Position numbers and translations under genes: made by a program. The notes beneath the pieces are model-generated. The model ran no database searches. It was not told the DNA's origin and saw nothing but the letters and a program-made list of their open reading frames with translations. Of a DNA stretch of 28,736 nucleotides, positions 26,309 through 28,736 are shown piece by piece; the stretch's first letter is position 1; every line of letters begins with the position of its first letter. Origin of the DNA: an uncultured Chlamydiae bacterium (GTDB lineage: Bacteria; Chlamydiota; Chlamydiia; Chlamydiales; Parachlamydiaceae); NCBI GenBank assembly GCA_963830365.1, contig CAWHMU010000013.1:1-28736 (forward strand), written 5' to 3'.

Positions 26309-27241
26309 CTACTTCAACAGCAAAGGCTTGGACCGCCGCCATTGCGGAGGCTCTACAAATCTTGAAATTGGTGATTGAGCTTTGGTGTCTTTTCCTTCAG
26401 CAGGGAGTGCAGGCTCTGCTTTCAACTTGGTTTCAAACTCCTTTAACAGCTCTTCAACCTGCGTAGCGTGCTTTTTTAGACGTGCTTCATTTTCCATCAG
26501 ACCCTTGGTTTTAAGTAAATGATTGATTTCTAATCTAATCTGCTGCGTCATCGCGAGAAGTTTGTGCGGTTTGACTTCCTTCCTAGCCTTTGTCCATTTG
26601 CCCATGCTGATCAAACGGTCTACCGCGTGCAATCTTTTGACAATGGCTTCGTGAAACTTCCACAACTTGCTGTTTTTTTGGATGTATAAGCAGTACGCTT
26701 CATCAGCGGGTGAGCGTGCTAACAGAGCAAGCAGCAGATCTTTTATCTCGACGTCAATACTTTTTACGGCCAGAGTTTGCGCTGCCTCGTTGACTTCTGC
26801 CTTTTGTTCGTTCTTCTCCTCTGCCACCAGTAGCTCTAATGGCCCGGCCATAGATGCTACCTTAGGCGTGGGCATTAGCATTTCTTGTTTAGCAGGTATC
26901 TCAATGTGTGCTTTATTAGGTTGAAGTTTGCCTGCCCAAAACGCCCTTGCCGCCCAGGCTACCACAATCGCGGCCATTCCAAACACACCCGCATTAATGA
27001 GCCTGCTATCGTATAGAAGTGATGAAAAACGGTGCGCTGGACCGCTTACGTCAGCGGCAGCGGCAGCCTTGGCTGCGCCCAGGCCAGATACAAAAAGCAG
27101 CGCCCCAAGCGCAATCTTAGCCATTTGACCTTCTTTTGCACCACGGACAGACCGATGGCTTCCTTGGAGGCGCTCATTAGCAGCCAGCATGAAAAATCCA
27201 TGCTGTTGATCGATGCGCGCATTTGGATTTAGTGGAGACAT
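26309..27241 (-). CDS. Hypothetical membrane protein with a bilobed hydrophobic domain and helical C-terminus (Inc-like)
   Basis: Start placed at ATG 27241 (GAGGT 5 nt upstream). Hydrophobic segments IALGALLFVSGLGAAKAAAAA and LINAGVFGMAAIVVAWAARAFW, followed by a K/E/L-rich helical tail. Confidence 0.7.
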   Translation of the reverse strand: MSPLNPNARIDQQHGFFMLAANERLQGSHRSVRGAKEGQMAKIALGALLFVSGLGAAKAAAAADVSGPAHRFSSLLYDSRLINAGVFGMAAIVVAWAARAFWAGKLQPNKAHIEIPAKQEMLMPTPKVASMAGPLELLVAEEKNEQKAEVNEAAQTLAVKSIDVEIKDLLLALLARSPADEAYCLYIQKNSKLWKFHEAIVKRLHAVDRLISMGKWTKARKEVKPHKLLAMTQQIRLEINHLLKTKGLMENEARLKKHATQVEELLKEFETKLKAEPALPAEGKDTKAQSPISRFVEPPQWRRSKPLLLK

Positions 27242-27407
27242 ATCAAACCTCATCAGTAATATGTAATAGGTAAATAGAGCCCATCGAGGATGAACTCGGC
27301 CACAAAATCCTGCCAATCCTTAAAAGAAACTGTGTAGCATTTATTGTACTGCATATATATAAGAATCTTGCAGCAACAGTCAAAGAATAGCAACTCTAGC
27401 CGGTTTT

Positions 27408-28676
27408 ATGGAAGCTTCCGCCCTGAATCTTAAAATCATCGTCCTTATTTTTACGGTGGGGCTGGCCTATGCCGCCATCCTGGGATACTTGTGCCATCGC
27501 GCCAAACTGTCGCCCATTTTGGGATACCTTTTGGCCGGCTATCTCATCGGCCCCTACTCTCCCGGCTTTGTGGCTGATGCGAAAATAGCCGACCAACTGG
27601 CCGAAATCGGGGTCATTCTGATGATGTTTGGCGTGGGCCTGCATTTTAAGTGGAGCGACTTGATTGGTACAAAAAATATCGCCATTCCGGGCGCTATCGG
27701 CCAAACATTTGTCGCTACGCTTGCAGGGGCACTCTTGACGCATCTGCTAGGCTGGCCGATACAAGCCGGCGTTATCTTTGGCTTTGCTGTCGGCGTGGCC
27801 AGTACCGTCGTAGCTGTCAGGGTGCTTGCCGAAAACAAACTTCTACACCAGCCCCAAGGTCATATAGCTATCGGGTGGCTAATAGTAGAAGATGTCATCA
27901 CCGTCATTATGCTGCTGTTGTTGTCCTCTTTGGCAGATTCATTGGATGGGGAGCAGTTTTCATTTAAAGACATCGTCATGCTTTTCACTATAATGCTTTT
28001 GAAAATCGCGGCTTTGATCGCCTTTATGTTCACCATCGCCCGGAAATTCGTTGCATATGCTTTTGAAAAGATTTCCAAGACAAAATCTCACGAACTATTT
28101 ACCTTGACCATCCTGGCTTTAACCTTTGTCATCGCGGCAGGGGCATCTGTCATTTTCGGAGTTTCCATAGCGCTCGGCGCTTTCATTGCCGGCATGCTCA
28201 TCGGCCTGACGAATGTGCACCGCAAAGTAGAGCTCAATGCCATGCCCATGCGCGATGCCTTTGTGGTGCTCTTTTTCATCTCTGTCGGCATGATCTTCGA
28301 TCCAAGCATTATAACAAGGGAATTCACCCTATTTATTTGCATACTGGCAATCATTCTTGTCGTTAAACCTCTGACAGCTTTTGCCATAACGATCGCATTA
28401 AAGCAGCCGTTTAAGACAGCTTTAGTAGTAGCCTTAACATTGGCACAGATCGGCGAGTTCTCCTTCATTCTAGCCGAAGAAAGTATGAAGCTCAACATAC
28501 TCCCTGATGATGGCTATGACATCATTGTGGCCTGCGCCATCATTTCCATAGCGGTAAATCCTTTTCTATTACCCTTGGCAAACTTCCTACAAAATCGAAA
28601 ACAAAAAAATTTGAACATCAACTGCTCATACAAACAAGAAAAATTACGGAATAAAAATGATAACAACCAATCGTAA
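27408..28676 (+). CDS. CPA2-family cation:proton antiporter (YbaL/RosB/Kef-like), no C-terminal RCK domain
   Basis: PILGYLLAGYLIGP, LAEIGVILMMFGVGLHF, ASTVV, GWLIVED, ALGAFIAG, PMRDAF..LFFISVGM and LAQIGEFSFILA. Confidence 0.92.
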   Translation: MEASALNLKIIVLIFTVGLAYAAILGYLCHRAKLSPILGYLLAGYLIGPYSPGFVADAKIADQLAEIGVILMMFGVGLHFKWSDLIGTKNIAIPGAIGQTFVATLAGALLTHLLGWPIQAGVIFGFAVGVASTVVAVRVLAENKLLHQPQGHIAIGWLIVEDVITVIMLLLLSSLADSLDGEQFSFKDIVMLFTIMLLKIAALIAFMFTIARKFVAYAFEKISKTKSHELFTLTILALTFVIAAGASVIFGVSIALGAFIAGMLIGLTNVHRKVELNAMPMRDAFVVLFFISVGMIFDPSIITREFTLFICILAIILVVKPLTAFAITIALKQPFKTALVVALTLAQIGEFSFILAEESMKLNILPDDGYDIIVACAIISIAVNPFLLPLANFLQNRKQKNLNINCSYKQEKLRNKNDNNQS

Positions 28677-28736
28677 AACATCTTCAAAAATACTATTCTC
28701 AACGCTGTTATTGCGGCTCCTCCTGCCACTGCTGGC
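28657..28736 (+). CDS. Possible 5' end of the next gene (partial, runs off the window)
   Basis: ATG 28657 after GGA. MITTNRKTSSKILFSTLLLRLLLPLL looks like a signal or TM start and overlaps the antiporter stop by 20 nt. Confidence 0.45.
   Translation, partial: MITTNRKTSSKILFSTLLLRLLLPLL

Noticed and set aside
1..28736. Prophage, IS element, integron, tRNA/rRNA or anti-phage defence system
   Set aside because: No integrase, transposase, phage structural, nuclease or structured-RNA signatures were recognised by eye; an HMM or covariance-model scan would be needed to exclude them fully.

Overview
This 28.7-kb window is bacterial chromosome, most likely from an environmental Chlamydiae (Parachlamydiales-like) genome. 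That is an inference from HrcA with a C-terminal tail, hrcA-grpE-dnaK without dnaJ, a CIRCE just upstream of the -35 box, and a VIT1-like gene paired with a P1B ATPase. Recognisable genes are a K+-independent H+-pyrophosphatase (hppA), an MFS transporter, thioredoxin reductase plus thioredoxin, a VIT1-like protein plus P1B-4 ATPase, a putative beta-barrel protein, a large NAD-glutamate dehydrogenase, hrcA-grpE-dnaK and a CPA2 antiporter. Between them are orphan, host-interaction-like genes: an ankyrin-PP2C phosphatase, a coiled-coil protein, two paralogous signal-peptide proteins with kinase-like motifs, an 11-mer amphipathic-repeat protein, a LecA-like lectin and an Inc-like protein. The most unusual observations are: (1) both TrxR and Trx carry apparent signal peptides, suggesting an exported thioredoxin system; (2) orphan genes are repeatedly bracketed by duplicated DNA (a decayed copy of the hppA 3' end, the kinase-like gene pair, and an inverted 9-bp-periodic repeat); (3) an 11-C run lies inside hrcA, and GrpE and DnaK both have His-rich tails. 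I saw no CRISPR array, rRNA, tRNA, integrase, transposase or reverse transcriptase. All calls come from reading motifs by eye; no searches were run.
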